A stretch of 40,110 nt of DNA from an uncultured Clostridia bacterium (GCA_964517525.1 CAZFCI010000070.1:1-40110), one strand, 5' to 3'; positions 27,386-36,782 are shown, counted from the stretch's first letter. Numbers and translations are program-made. Notes: a model not told the origin generated them from the sequence alone.

Positions 27386-28239
27386 TCTCCTTTTGACTCT
27401 TCTTCCAGTTCTTCTCTCTCCTTTTTCCTTTCCTTTGCTTTTTTCACTATCTCATTGAAATAAAGCTCCGTGTATTCAGGTCTCTCAATCTCGAGAAACT
27501 CTCCAACAACAATTTTCCCTTCAAGTTCTTCTGGTTTCATGGTCTGGGCTTTTGAAAGGGGGATTATTCTACTTTCAAGCCATTTAAGCATCCTTAAAGG
27601 TGTTCTAAGTTTATTTTTTCTTCCAAGGTTAATGTGACAGTTGGAAACTACCTCAACAACTGAGAAACCTTTATGGGAAAAAGCCTTTTCAATAACCTTT
27701 TGTAAAAAGAAGGGTCTTGTCACAGCTTCCCTCGCCACATATGTTGCACCTGCAGCTATCGCAACTTTTACAGAATCAAGAGCAGGCTCTATGTTTCCAT
27801 AGGGGGTTGTCTCTGTAAGAAAACCAAGAGGAGTTGTGGGAGAAACCTGCCCCCCTGTCATCCCATAAATTGAATTGTTAACAATTATCAGTTTCACATC
27901 AAGATTTCTTCTACAAGCATGAAGGAAATGATTTCCACCTATTGCCAGTGCATCTCCATCTCCTGAAAATACTACAACTTTTTTATCAGGTCTTGCAAGT
28001 TTAATTCCTGTGGCAAAGGTCAAAGCTCTTCCATGGGTTGTGTGTAATGTATTGGCATTTACATAGGTTGTTATTCTGCTTGTGCATCCTATTCCAGAAA
28101 CCACAGCAATGTCATTGGGATCCCACCCGAGTTTATCAAAAGCCATTGCCATTGCCTTGAATGCAACACCAATTCCGCATCCAGGACACCAGTATGTTGG
28201 AAATGTTTCATATCTAAGATATCTTTCATATCCTATCAT
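27382..28239 (-). CDS. 2-oxoacid:ferredoxin oxidoreductase, beta (TPP-binding) subunit
   Basis: WCPGCG, SGDGDALAIGGNH, IVNNSIYGMTGGQ. Charged C-terminal tail. Confidence 0.9.
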   Translation of the reverse strand: MIGYERYLRYETFPTYWCPGCGIGVAFKAMAMAFDKLGWDPNDIAVVSGIGCTSRITTYVNANTLHTTHGRALTFATGIKLARPDKKVVVFSGDGDALAIGGNHFLHACRRNLDVKLIIVNNSIYGMTGGQVSPTTPLGFLTETTPYGNIEPALDSVKVAIAAGATYVAREAVTRPFFLQKVIEKAFSHKGFSVVEVVSNCHINLGRKNKLRTPLRMLKWLESRIIPLSKAQTMKPEELEGKIVVGEFLEIERPEYTELYFNEIVKKAKERKKEREELEEESKGD

Positions 28240-29369
28240 TTGTAAACCTCCTTAATCCTGGAAAGGATCTGAAGAGGAGAAACAGGAGTACCGTCCATCT
28301 TTAAGACACCCTCGACCTTTACACTGTCATCAGCGGACCTTTCAACCTCATAAATTATCTGCCCAAGATTCATCTCAACAACGATTACCTTCTTAATCTT
28401 TCTAAATTTCTCTTTTAAAACTTTCTCTGGGAAGGGCCATATTGTTATAGGCTGGAAAAGACCAGCTTTTATCCCCTCTTTCCTTGCCATTTTAACTGCT
28501 TCCAAACCAGAACGACCGGATGTTCCAAAGGCAAAAATCATAATTTCAGCGTCTTCAAGCATGTGCTCCTTCCATAGAATAATCTCATCAAGGTGATCCT
28601 CAATCTTCCTTTTCCTCAGAATTTGCACCTTCTCGACTTTTGATGGAACAGTTGTGGGATAACCCTTTTCATCATGCTCAAGACTTTCAATGTGAATTGT
28701 CCATCCAGAGAAGAAATTGGGATATAAAGGAGGTTTCCCCATTTCCCTTTCATAAATCTTCAAATCTTTCTGATCATTGGAAGGTAACTCCCTATCGATT
28801 ATTTCATACTCAGAAGGATCTGGAATTTCCACAACTTCATGGGAATGGGCAAGAACCTCATCAAGGAGGAGAATAACCGGAGTCCTGAATTTCTCTGATA
28901 GATTAAAAGCATTTATTGTTGTAATGAAAACATCGTTGGGAAATGTCGGAGCAAGAACAATTAAGTAGTGGTCCCCATGGGTTCCCCACCTTGCTTGCAT
29001 AACATCTCCCTGAGAAGGTTTTGTAGGCAAACCTGTGGATGGTCCACCCCTCATTACATTTACAATTACGCATGGCACTTCAGCAATACATGCCATTCCT
29101 ATATGTTCCTGCTTTAGAGAGAAACCAGGACCAGATGTTGCAGTCATTGATTTAAGACCACAAAGAGAAGCTCCTATAACTGCTCCCATACTGGCAATTT
29201 CATCCTCCATCTGAATAAATACACCTCCAACCTCTGGAAGGAGCTCGGACATCCTAGCAGCAAGTTCAGAAGAGGGAGTTATAGGATAACCTGCGTAAAA
29301 TCTGCATCCAGCTGCAACAGCAGCCTCAGCCACAGTGTAATTACCTGGCAGTATAACCTTCTTTCCCAA
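28236..29369 (-). CDS. 2-oxoacid:ferredoxin oxidoreductase, alpha subunit
   Basis: AGCRFYAGYPITPSSE and SMTATSGPGFSL motifs. Start moved to TTG 29369 (AGGAGG at 29381-29376, 6-nt spacer). The listed ATG 29426 would add 19 aa and give an 86-nt overlap with the delta gene. Confidence 0.85.
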   Translation of the reverse strand: MGKKVILPGNYTVAEAAVAAGCRFYAGYPITPSSELAARMSELLPEVGGVFIQMEDEIASMGAVIGASLCGLKSMTATSGPGFSLKQEHIGMACIAEVPCVIVNVMRGGPSTGLPTKPSQGDVMQARWGTHGDHYLIVLAPTFPNDVFITTINAFNLSEKFRTPVILLLDEVLAHSHEVVEIPDPSEYEIIDRELPSNDQKDLKIYEREMGKPPLYPNFFSGWTIHIESLEHDEKGYPTTVPSKVEKVQILRKRKIEDHLDEIILWKEHMLEDAEIMIFAFGTSGRSGLEAVKMARKEGIKAGLFQPITIWPFPEKVLKEKFRKIKKVIVVEMNLGQIIYEVERSADDSVKVEGVLKMDGTPVSPLQILSRIKEVYK

Positions 29370-29682
29370 TTTTAGCCTCCTTATAAAATCTAAGTTCTCC
29401 CTCTCCTCTCTTATCAAGGTCAACATAAATTGCGAAATCTGGACATCTCAACTCGCAAAGCATACATCCTGTGCAGTATTCAGGAGCATCAACCTTTGCA
29501 ATCACACCATGAATCGATTTTTCATCATCCTGGAGAAGGAGAACCCCGGTCGGACAAACAGAAACACAGATATCACATCCTTTGCAAAGCTCTGGAACAA
29601 TAATTACTGTGTGAGGAGTTTTTGAAGGATTTTTCCTTCTCTTTTTTGCCTCCTCATTTTCAAGGATTTCATCCTTTTCCAT
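29341..29682 (-). CDS. 2-oxoacid:ferredoxin oxidoreductase, delta subunit (2x[4Fe-4S] ferredoxin)
   Basis: CKGCDICVSVCP and CTGCMLCELRCP. SD AAGGAG 8 nt before the ATG. The delta-alpha-beta-gamma order matches OorDABC/KorDABG-type 2-oxoglutarate enzymes, but the substrate is not provable from sequence. Confidence 0.85.
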   Translation of the reverse strand: MEKDEILENEEAKKRRKNPSKTPHTVIIVPELCKGCDICVSVCPTGVLLLQDDEKSIHGVIAKVDAPEYCTGCMLCELRCPDFAIYVDLDKRGEGELRFYKEAKIGKEGYTAR

Positions 29683-29717
29683 AAATAACTCCTTTTTTAA
29701 ATTTAATTAAGAAAACT

Positions 29718-29746
29718 ATTATATTAATATCCCAAACCAAAATCAA
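29718..29746 (-). promoter_or_regulatory. sigma70-like promoter for the oxidoreductase-dprA-ecf-thyX string
   Basis: Minus strand: TTGATT (29746-29741), 17-nt spacer, TATAAT (29723-29718), roughly 30-nt leader with AAGGAG before ATG 29682. Confidence 0.45.
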
Positions 29747-29846
29747 AAAGCAGAGATAAAAAGCTCTGGAAGTAATGAAAGTAAAATTTTCAAATCCTCA
29801 ATTAAAATATTTACAATCAATCCAGGGTTTTGAAAAAGATTTGGAA

Positions 29847-29866
29847 AATGTGATTTAAGACACATT
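29847..29866. promoter_or_regulatory. CRP/FNR-family-like palindromic operator candidate
   Basis: AATGTG-ATTTAAGA-CACATT is a perfect 6-bp inverted repeat. The core TGTGA-N6-ACACA matches TGTGA-N6-TCACA at 9 of 10 positions. Its centre is about 60 bp upstream of ATG 29916. Confidence 0.3.
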
Positions 29867-29900
29867 CTAACTCCTTTTCCTTTTATTTCTTTTTATTTTC

Positions 29901-29909
29901 TGATATAAA
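29901..29909 (+). promoter_or_regulatory. extended -10 element for the binding-protein/kinase operon, leaderless geometry
   Basis: TGATATAAA (TG-n-TATAAA), then 6 nt (TTTAAT) to ATG 29916. No SD and no good -35. Confidence 0.4.
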
Positions 29910-29915
29910 TTTAAT

Positions 29916-31451
29916 ATGAAGGCAAAATTTATTGCTTTATTTTTTTTAATTTTAATTCCCTTTACCTCTTTTCCCTCGGAAAATACATTGAAAATTTTTT
30001 GGCCCATTTCTGAAATTAGTGCCAGTAAATTCTATGATCCTGCTAAATATTCTTTTATAGAGGATTGGTTAATTCTGAATAATGTTTACAATGGTCTTGT
30101 AAAATTAGACCCTTACCAAAGAATCCTTCCCGATCTTGCTGACTTCTGGAAGATATCCCCAGATGGACTTAAATATGAATTCCTATTGAAGAAAAATGTA
30201 AAATTCCATAACGGAAAAACTGTCGAAGCAGAGGATTTTTTAAAATCCATTGAAAGGTTACACAAAATTGCTCTCAAAAGAGATCCAATTGTGATGGAGT
30301 TCTTTAGAATTTTGATGGGAAAGGATAACAGCTCCTTTGAAGAGGTAAAGAGAAGAATTATTATAAAATCAAAGCATGAAATTGTGATAAGAATATCAAG
30401 AAAGTATCCATTTTTCCTATCTTTCCTTGCAAATCCTGCCTTTAAAATTGTACATGAAGAGAAAAATGGGAAGCTAACTGGCTCAGGACCATTTTTTATT
30501 GAAAATATAGAAAGGAAAAAAGTCTCTCTTGCCAGAAATCCAAATTACTTTGAAGGCTCTCCATTTATAGACAGAATTATTTTAATAGATTACTTAGGAA
30601 TCCCTGTTGAAGAGAGGTTTTGCCTCTTTAAAAAAGGAGATGTGGATATATTCCCTTCTCCTGGAAACAAATTCTTCAATCTTCCAACAGATGCAGATGC
30701 AATTGAAATTGAAGAGGAACTATATTCCTTCACTTTTATTGCTCTAAATCTTTCAATACCTCCCTTCAACAACAAAGATTTCAGAAAGGCTCTATTTTTA
30801 GGAATAAATAGAAAAAGAATTGCAGAAGAGCTCGGAAATCATTGCGTTTATTTTCCCTACGCACTTCCAAAGAAACTCCACAGATATGAGGTTCCCCTTC
30901 CTTACGGAGATTACAATTTTCCTAAAGCAAAGAAAATAATTGAAGAAATTAAAAAAGTAAACAAAATCGAGCCAATATACCTTCCCTTTTACTCTGAAAC
31001 CCCCTTTAGTAAGAAATTTTTCTCTTTGATAGAAGAAGAATTCTCAAAATTGGGGCTTGTTCTTGAACCCAAAAAAGTCTCTGAAGAAGAATACTGGGAA
31101 ATGCTTGAAAAAAGGAAATTTCAGATATTTATTGAAACATATCATGCTGACTTTCCTGAAGCCTTTGGAATTATCTATCCTCTATTCTACTCAAAATCTC
31201 CTGTAAATTCTTCCAATTACTCCAATCCAGAAGTTGACAGGTTGATTATTAAAGCTATGGAAGAAGACAATTACAGTAAAAGAATAAAAATTTATCAAGA
31301 AATAGAAAGTCTTGTTTACAGGGACATTCCCATAATCCCTCTTTTTACAGATAAAGCTGTCTTGATAGTGAGAAAAAATATAGAAGGGCTTAAAGTTTCT
31401 TATAATAGCTTAGTAGATGCCGATTTTAGAGTTGTAAAGCTTAAAAGATGA
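29916..31451 (+). CDS. periplasmic solute-binding protein, family 5 (Opp/Dpp/Nik-like)
   Basis: Signal peptide. 511 aa. Family-5 pattern PDLADFWKISPDGLKYEFLLKKNVKFHNG and ARNPNYF. No SD upstream. Confidence 0.8.
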   Translation: MKAKFIALFFLILIPFTSFPSENTLKIFWPISEISASKFYDPAKYSFIEDWLILNNVYNGLVKLDPYQRILPDLADFWKISPDGLKYEFLLKKNVKFHNGKTVEAEDFLKSIERLHKIALKRDPIVMEFFRILMGKDNSSFEEVKRRIIIKSKHEIVIRISRKYPFFLSFLANPAFKIVHEEKNGKLTGSGPFFIENIERKKVSLARNPNYFEGSPFIDRIILIDYLGIPVEERFCLFKKGDVDIFPSPGNKFFNLPTDADAIEIEEELYSFTFIALNLSIPPFNNKDFRKALFLGINRKRIAEELGNHCVYFPYALPKKLHRYEVPLPYGDYNFPKAKKIIEEIKKVNKIEPIYLPFYSETPFSKKFFSLIEEEFSKLGLVLEPKKVSEEEYWEMLEKRKFQIFIETYHADFPEAFGIIYPLFYSKSPVNSSNYSNPEVDRLIIKAMEEDNYSKRIKIYQEIESLVYRDIPIIPLFTDKAVLIVRKNIEGLKVSYNSLVDADFRVVKLKR

Positions 31452-33301
31452 AAATTGGTTATAGAAGAAGGATCTTCCTATTTTTGACATTCACTATTAT
31501 ATTTTTGGTTATTTCCGTTTTAATAACTGCTGAAATATTCATGAGAAGCTCCTTCAAAAGAAACCTCATAAACCGTGCAGAGCTTTTGGCAAATACATTT
31601 ATGGAATCATCTTTACCCTTCTTTCTTTACTATGACTGGGAAGAACTTCAGAGAATTGCAAAAAACATTGGACATAAAGAGCTGGTTTCTCTTCTTATTC
31701 TTGACAGGGAGAATGTAGCGAGAGTCTCAAGTGAAGATGAAAATTGGATTGGGCAAAAATACTCAATTCCCTTTTCCCCTTCCTCCCTTCAAACAGAAAT
31801 ATCAAAAAAATACATTCTTTTTAAAGATAATAAAAAAATTCCTGCTATTGATGTTTATGTTCCCATAAGGGTTAAAGGCTCATCACAGTCATGGGGGACG
31901 ATTCTTTTAACATTTTCCACAGAAAGCATTGAGAAAGGTCTGGCAAAGGCAAGGCTCTCATTTATTATTCTCGGAATTCTTTTGATAGCGATAATGTCCA
32001 TTTTGAACAGATGGATAGCATCAGAGATAGCAAAACCTGTGAGAATGCTTTCAGATCATTTAACAGAAATCTCAAAAGGAAATTATGAAAAAAGAGTTCC
32101 ACCTATTCCAATTGAAGAGTTTGAAGAGCTAGTGAAAAGTGCAAACTCAATGGCTGAAAGTCTTGCGAAAAGGGAAAAGGAGCTAAGAGATGCAAAAGAT
32201 TTTCTTGAAGAAAAGGTTAAGGAGAGAACGGAGGAACTTAGAAGATCAGAGGAAAAATACAGAGATTTCTTTGAGAGAGCGGGTGAAGCAATTCTTGTAA
32301 TAAATTCTTCAACAACGAAAATTGAGGAAGCCAACGAGATGGCAGAGAAAATCTTAAAGTGCAAAGAAAACCTCGAAGGGAAGTTCTTCCTTTCCCTCGA
32401 TACTGAAAAAAATTCCCTTAAAGACCTTATCAAGGAAACTATCGAAAAGGGCTCATCCTATAGCTCAAAAATAGAACTAAGAAGGTTTGATGGGACAATC
32501 ATTCCTGTGGAGATTAGCTCAAAGCTTATAGGAAGCGATTTAATTCATGTAATTTTCAGGGATATTACAGAGAAAGAGAAGATTGAAAAATTAATAATCG
32601 AATCAGAAAGATGGAAAGCAATGGCAGAGCTTTCAGAGGGGATTGTTCACAACTTCAATAATCTCCTTACAATTATTTCTGGAAGAGCTCGTTTAATAAA
32701 GGAATCAGTAAAAGAGCAAAAAATTTTAAAAAATTTAGAAACAATTGAAAAAATGGTAAAAGAAGGGACAAAAATAACTGGTAGACTAATGGAATTTACC
32801 CATAAAAAGGAGAATGAGATAAAAGCTCAATCAATAGATATTAACTCCCTAATTCTTGATATTGTAGAACTAACTAAGCCAAGATGGAAGGATATGGCTG
32901 AAACTGAAGGGAAAGAAATAAAAATATTGACAAATCTTGAAGACATTCCCTTTATAAAAGGAAACATGGGCGAGCTGGAAAGTGCCATCTTAAATGTAAT
33001 TTATAACTCCATAGAAGCAATAGAAAAGGAAGGAACTATTGAGATTTCAACTTATTTCAAGGAGGAAAAGGTTTTTATTGAGATAAAGGACACTGGTAAA
33101 GGAATAGAACCTGAGGATATTGGTAAGGTTTTCGATCCTTTTTTCACAACAAAAGGAACAATAGGAACAGGTTTTGGACTTACAATATCTTACAATTATG
33201 TTAAAAAACATGGAGGGGAGATAGAGATTGAAAGTGAAAAGGGAAAAGGGACAAAGATAACAATCTCCCTTCCAATTTTAAGAGACAATTCAATAAATTG
33301 A
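31448..33301 (+). CDS. sensor histidine kinase (TM - periplasmic domain - TM - HAMP - PAS - HisKA - HATPase)
   Basis: Two TM helices flank a periplasmic segment of about 150 aa. HAMP-like linker, coiled coil, PAS (..FRDITEKEK). H-box EGIVHNFNNLLTIISG, N-box NVIYNSIEAI, G-boxes DTGKGI and GTGFGL. ATGA overlap with the binding-protein gene. Confidence 0.9.
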   Translation: MKIGYRRRIFLFLTFTIIFLVISVLITAEIFMRSSFKRNLINRAELLANTFMESSLPFFLYYDWEELQRIAKNIGHKELVSLLILDRENVARVSSEDENWIGQKYSIPFSPSSLQTEISKKYILFKDNKKIPAIDVYVPIRVKGSSQSWGTILLTFSTESIEKGLAKARLSFIILGILLIAIMSILNRWIASEIAKPVRMLSDHLTEISKGNYEKRVPPIPIEEFEELVKSANSMAESLAKREKELRDAKDFLEEKVKERTEELRRSEEKYRDFFERAGEAILVINSSTTKIEEANEMAEKILKCKENLEGKFFLSLDTEKNSLKDLIKETIEKGSSYSSKIELRRFDGTIIPVEISSKLIGSDLIHVIFRDITEKEKIEKLIIESERWKAMAELSEGIVHNFNNLLTIISGRARLIKESVKEQKILKNLETIEKMVKEGTKITGRLMEFTHKKENEIKAQSIDINSLILDIVELTKPRWKDMAETEGKEIKILTNLEDIPFIKGNMGELESAILNVIYNSIEAIEKEGTIEISTYFKEEKVFIEIKDTGKGIEPEDIGKVFDPFFTTKGTIGTGFGLTISYNYVKKHGGEIEIESEKGKGTKITISLPILRDNSIN

Positions 33302-33305
33302 AAAT

Positions 33306-33349
33306 TTGACAGAAAAAAAAGTTTCAGTTATCTTAAAATTTGATAATAA
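33306..33349 (+). promoter_or_regulatory. promoter region of the aminotransferase-serA-DUF1015-nifS-metH-like operon
   Basis: TTGACA (33306-33311), 17-nt spacer, TATCTT (33329-33334). An alternative extended -10 TGATAATAA lies at 33341-33349. AAGGAGG precedes ATG 33370. Confidence 0.4.
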
Positions 33350-33369
33350 TTTTTTTATAAGGAGGCATC

Positions 33370-34515
33370 ATGATTAAAAAATATTATCTTTTATCACCAG
33401 GTCCAGTACCAATCCCCTTTGAGACCTTATCTGTAGCTTCTGAACCAATAATCCATCACAGAACTGCTGAATTTTCAAAGATATTTATGGAGGTCTCAGA
33501 AGATCTAAAGTATGTATTTCAAACAAAGCGGGATGTCTACATCCTTCTCTCTTCTGGAACAGGTGGAATGGAGGCAGCTGTTACAAATACTCTTTCTCCG
33601 GGAGATAAGGTTATAGTCCTCAATGGTGGAAAATTTGGTGAAAGATGGGGGAATATAGCAAAGGCTTACGGATTGAATATAGTCGAAATTGTCCTTGAAT
33701 GGGGAGATCCTTTCACAAAGGAACAACTTGAAGAAAAATTAAAGGAAAATCCTGATACAAAAGCTGTCCTTGCAACCCTCTCAGAAACATCCTCAGGCTC
33801 TGTTTACGATATTAAAGGGTATGGTGAAGTCTGTAAGAAATTTGATGCAATTTTGATAGTTGATGCAATCTCTGGTCTCGGTGCAACTCCTTGTCCAATG
33901 GATGAATGGGGTATTGATGTTCTTGTCTCTGCATCCCAGAAAGCTCTTATGGTTCCTCCTGGGCTTGCTTACATTGCCTTTTCAGAGAAGGCTTGGAAAA
34001 TGGTTGAAACCTCGAAACTTCCTAAGTTCTATTTTGACATTAAAAAATACAAGAAAAACCTTGAAAAGCAGACAACTCCCTTCACTCCTGCAATCTCCCT
34101 AATTATTCAGCAGAAGAAATCCCTTGAACTAATTAAAAAGATTGGACTTGAAGCCCTATTTGAGCACCACAGGATTCTTGCTGAAGGAACAAGGGAAGGG
34201 GTTAAAGCTCTCAAATTGGAACTTTTATCAAAAATTCCTGGAAATATCTGCACAGCAGTTAAAGTTCCTGCTGGAATTGACGGAGAAAAAATAGTAAAGA
34301 CAATGAGAAACAAATACTTAGCCTACATAGCAGAAGGACAGGAACCTTACAAGGGGAAGATATTTAGAATTGCCCACTTAGGATATATGGGAGCCTTTGA
34401 AATAATTACAGCCCTTTCAGCTCTTGAGATGACCCTTTCTGAACTTGGTTACCCTGTTGAATTTGGTGCCTCCCTTTCCGCCGCTGAAAAAGTTTTCAAG
34501 GAGGCTTGGAAATGA
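33370..34515 (+). CDS. class-V PLP aminotransferase (serine-glyoxylate / phosphoserine aminotransferase family)
   Basis: 381 aa. LLSPGPVPIP N-terminus, PLP-Lys context SASQKAL, typical of the AGXT/SGAT/archaeal-PSAT group. SD AAGGAGG. Confidence 0.8.
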   Translation: MIKKYYLLSPGPVPIPFETLSVASEPIIHHRTAEFSKIFMEVSEDLKYVFQTKRDVYILLSSGTGGMEAAVTNTLSPGDKVIVLNGGKFGERWGNIAKAYGLNIVEIVLEWGDPFTKEQLEEKLKENPDTKAVLATLSETSSGSVYDIKGYGEVCKKFDAILIVDAISGLGATPCPMDEWGIDVLVSASQKALMVPPGLAYIAFSEKAWKMVETSKLPKFYFDIKKYKKNLEKQTTPFTPAISLIIQQKKSLELIKKIGLEALFEHHRILAEGTREGVKALKLELLSKIPGNICTAVKVPAGIDGEKIVKTMRNKYLAYIAEGQEPYKGKIFRIAHLGYMGAFEIITALSALEMTLSELGYPVEFGASLSAAEKVFKEAWK

Positions 34516-35420
34516 AAAAGATACTTGTCGCTGACCTTTTAAACAAAAAGGCAATGGAGGAACTCGAGGGGATAAAGAATTTCGAGGTCACAGTGAAAAC
34601 CGGAATGAAGGAAGATGAGCTCTGCCAGACAATTCCTCCTTTTGATGCCATTGTTGTCCGTTCAGCCACAAAGGTAACAAAAAAGGTTATAGAATCCGCT
34701 CAAAATCTAAAAATAATAGTTAGGGCAGGAATAGGTCTCGATAATATAGATGTTAAATCTGCTGAGGAAAAGGGTATAAAGGTTGCCAACACTCCAACTG
34801 CAACATCAATTTCTGTTGCAGAATTGACCCTTGGTCTAATGCTCTCCCTTGCAAGAAGAATCCCCTATGCAGACAGATCCATGAAAGAGCACAGATGGGA
34901 AAAGAAAACCCTTGAAGGAACTGAACTATATGGAAAAACTCTTGGAATAATAGGATATGGAAGAATTGGAAGGGAGGTAGCAAAGAGAGCAAAAGCTTTT
35001 GGAATGAACATAATTGTCTATGATGTTATAAAGATTTCAGATTCAGATGTAAAACAGGTTGAAAAGGAGGAACTCCTTAAAAATGCTGATTATATAACTA
35101 TCCATGTCCCCCTCACAGAACAGACAAAAGGAATGATTGGAGAAAAAGAGTTTGAAATTATGAAGGATGGAGTTTTTATTGTAAATATTGCAAGGGGTGG
35201 AGTTGTTGATGAAAAGGCATTATTGAAGGCATTAAACTCAGGAAAGGTTAAGGGTGCTGGATTGGATGTTTTTGAAAAGGAGCCTCCTGAAGACTTCACT
35301 CTAATAGATCATCCTAATGTGGTATGCACTCCCCATATTGGAGCAGCCGCAGAAGAGGGGCAGGAAAGGGCTGGATTTGAAGTTGTAAAAATATTGAAAG
35401 AGTTTTTTGGAGAAAAATAA
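34512..35420 (+). CDS. serA: D-isomer 2-hydroxyacid dehydrogenase, short SerA-like (3-phosphoglycerate dehydrogenase or hydroxypyruvate reductase)
   Basis: [12 protein letters not shown] fold [25 protein letters not shown]. No ACT domain. ATG 34512 (AAGGAGG 7 nt upstream, ATGA overlap) is preferred over the listed TTG 34506. Confidence 0.7.
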   Translation: MKKILVADLLNKKAMEELEGIKNFEVTVKTGMKEDELCQTIPPFDAIVVRSATKVTKKVIESAQNLKIIVRAGIGLDNIDVKSAEEKGIKVANTPTATSISVAELTLGLMLSLARRIPYADRSMKEHRWEKKTLEGTELYGKTLGIIGYGRIGREVAKRAKAFGMNIIVYDVIKISDSDVKQVEKEELLKNADYITIHVPLTEQTKGMIGEKEFEIMKDGVFIVNIARGGVVDEKALLKALNSGKVKGAGLDVFEKEPPEDFTLIDHPNVVCTPHIGAAAEEGQERAGFEVVKILKEFFGEK

Positions 35421-35469
35421 GCCTTATCTTTTTTAAAAATAATAATTCAAGAAATATGAAGGAGGAATT

Positions 35470-36780
35470 ATGGCAATTATTAAGAGTTTTAGAGCAATAA
35501 GATATAATCCGGAAAAAGTGAATTTAAGGGATGTGATAACAGAGCCTTACGACAGAATAACACCTGTAATGCAGGAAGAATACTATAAAAGGAGCCCTTA
35601 TAATGTTGTAAGGATAATTCTTGGAAAGGATGATGAACCTCATCCTGAAAAGAACAAATACAGAAGAGCTAAAATTTACATTGATGAATGGCTAAAAGAG
35701 GGGATTTTCATTAGAGAAGATAAAAAAGCCTTATACATTTACCAGCAAAAGTTCAAAGTAGATGGGAAGGAGATGGTAAGAAATGGACTTATTGGTGCTG
35801 TAAAACTTGAAGAATTCTCCTCAAAAAAGGTTCTGCCCCATGAGAAAACATTTCCAAAACCTAAGGAGGACAGATTCAATCTTCTAACAGCCACAAACAC
35901 TAACACAGAACAGATATTCCTTCTTTACGACGATGAGGATGGGGAAATAAGGAATTTGATAGAATCAGCCTTAAAAAATGCAAAAAGAGCATTTTCCGTT
36001 GAGGATGAGGATGGAATAACCCACTCTCTTTTAATAATTACTGAAGATGAAAAAATTAGGGAAATTCAAAAACTCCTTGCTCCCAAACCCTTGATCATTG
36101 CTGATGGTCACCACAGATATGAGACATCCCTTTTATACAAAAGAGAGAATGAAAATAGAAGAAAATCTGAAGAGGAACCCTTTGACTATATAATGATGAC
36201 CCTCTTTGCTATTCAGGACGAAAATCTCGTAATCCTTCCAACCCATAGACTTGTTAAGGGGCTTAAGACCCTTAACTTTTCTTTCGAAGATATCCTTTCC
36301 CCTTACTTTGAAGTAAAAGAAGAGAAAGAACCGGAAAGGGATGATGAGTGGATGGAAGTTAGAAGATTTATAAAGGGAGAAAAGCATTCTTTTATTGCTT
36401 ACTTCCCTGCTTTTAAAAAGATTTTCAAACTTAAGCTAAAAGAAGGAAGTGACTGGATGAATTTTATGGAAAAGGAGAAATCTCCTGAATGGAAAAGCCT
36501 TGATGTCTCAATACTTCACTCCCTGATATTCAAAAAAATGGAGCTTCTATTTGAAGGTGGTTTTTCTGTTGAAAAAAACATTAGCTATGTGAGAAATATC
36601 CTTGATGGAATAAAACAGGTGAAAGAGGGGAAATATCAGGGAATTTTCATCCTTAATCCAGTAAGATTGGAAGAGATTAAAAAGGTTGTAGAAAGGGGAG
36701 AGTTAATGCCTGAAAAGTCTACTGACTTTTATCCAAAACTAAAATCTGGTATCCTTATGTTTCCCCTTGATGAAATATAA
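35470..36780 (+). CDS. DUF1015 family protein (function unknown)
   Basis: N-terminal IKSFRAIRYNP, central ADGHHRYETS, C-terminal KSTDFYPK. These are hallmarks of DUF1015 as I remember the family. SD GAAGGAGG. Confidence 0.8.
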   Translation: MAIIKSFRAIRYNPEKVNLRDVITEPYDRITPVMQEEYYKRSPYNVVRIILGKDDEPHPEKNKYRRAKIYIDEWLKEGIFIREDKKALYIYQQKFKVDGKEMVRNGLIGAVKLEEFSSKKVLPHEKTFPKPKEDRFNLLTATNTNTEQIFLLYDDEDGEIRNLIESALKNAKRAFSVEDEDGITHSLLIITEDEKIREIQKLLAPKPLIIADGHHRYETSLLYKRENENRRKSEEEPFDYIMMTLFAIQDENLVILPTHRLVKGLKTLNFSFEDILSPYFEVKEEKEPERDDEWMEVRRFIKGEKHSFIAYFPAFKKIFKLKLKEGSDWMNFMEKEKSPEWKSLDVSILHSLIFKKMELLFEGGFSVEKNISYVRNILDGIKQVKEGKYQGIFILNPVRLEEIKKVVERGELMPEKSTDFYPKLKSGILMFPLDEI

Positions 36781-36782
36781 AA

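Noticed and set aside
29775-29858. 27-codon ORF (MKVKFSNPQLKYLQSIQGFEKDLENVI) in the divergent control region, overlapping the CRP-like palindrome.
   Set aside because: The only SD-like element (GGAAG) is 2 nt from the ATG. There is no hydrophobic or otherwise recognisable character, and a short open frame in a 233-nt spacer is expected by chance.
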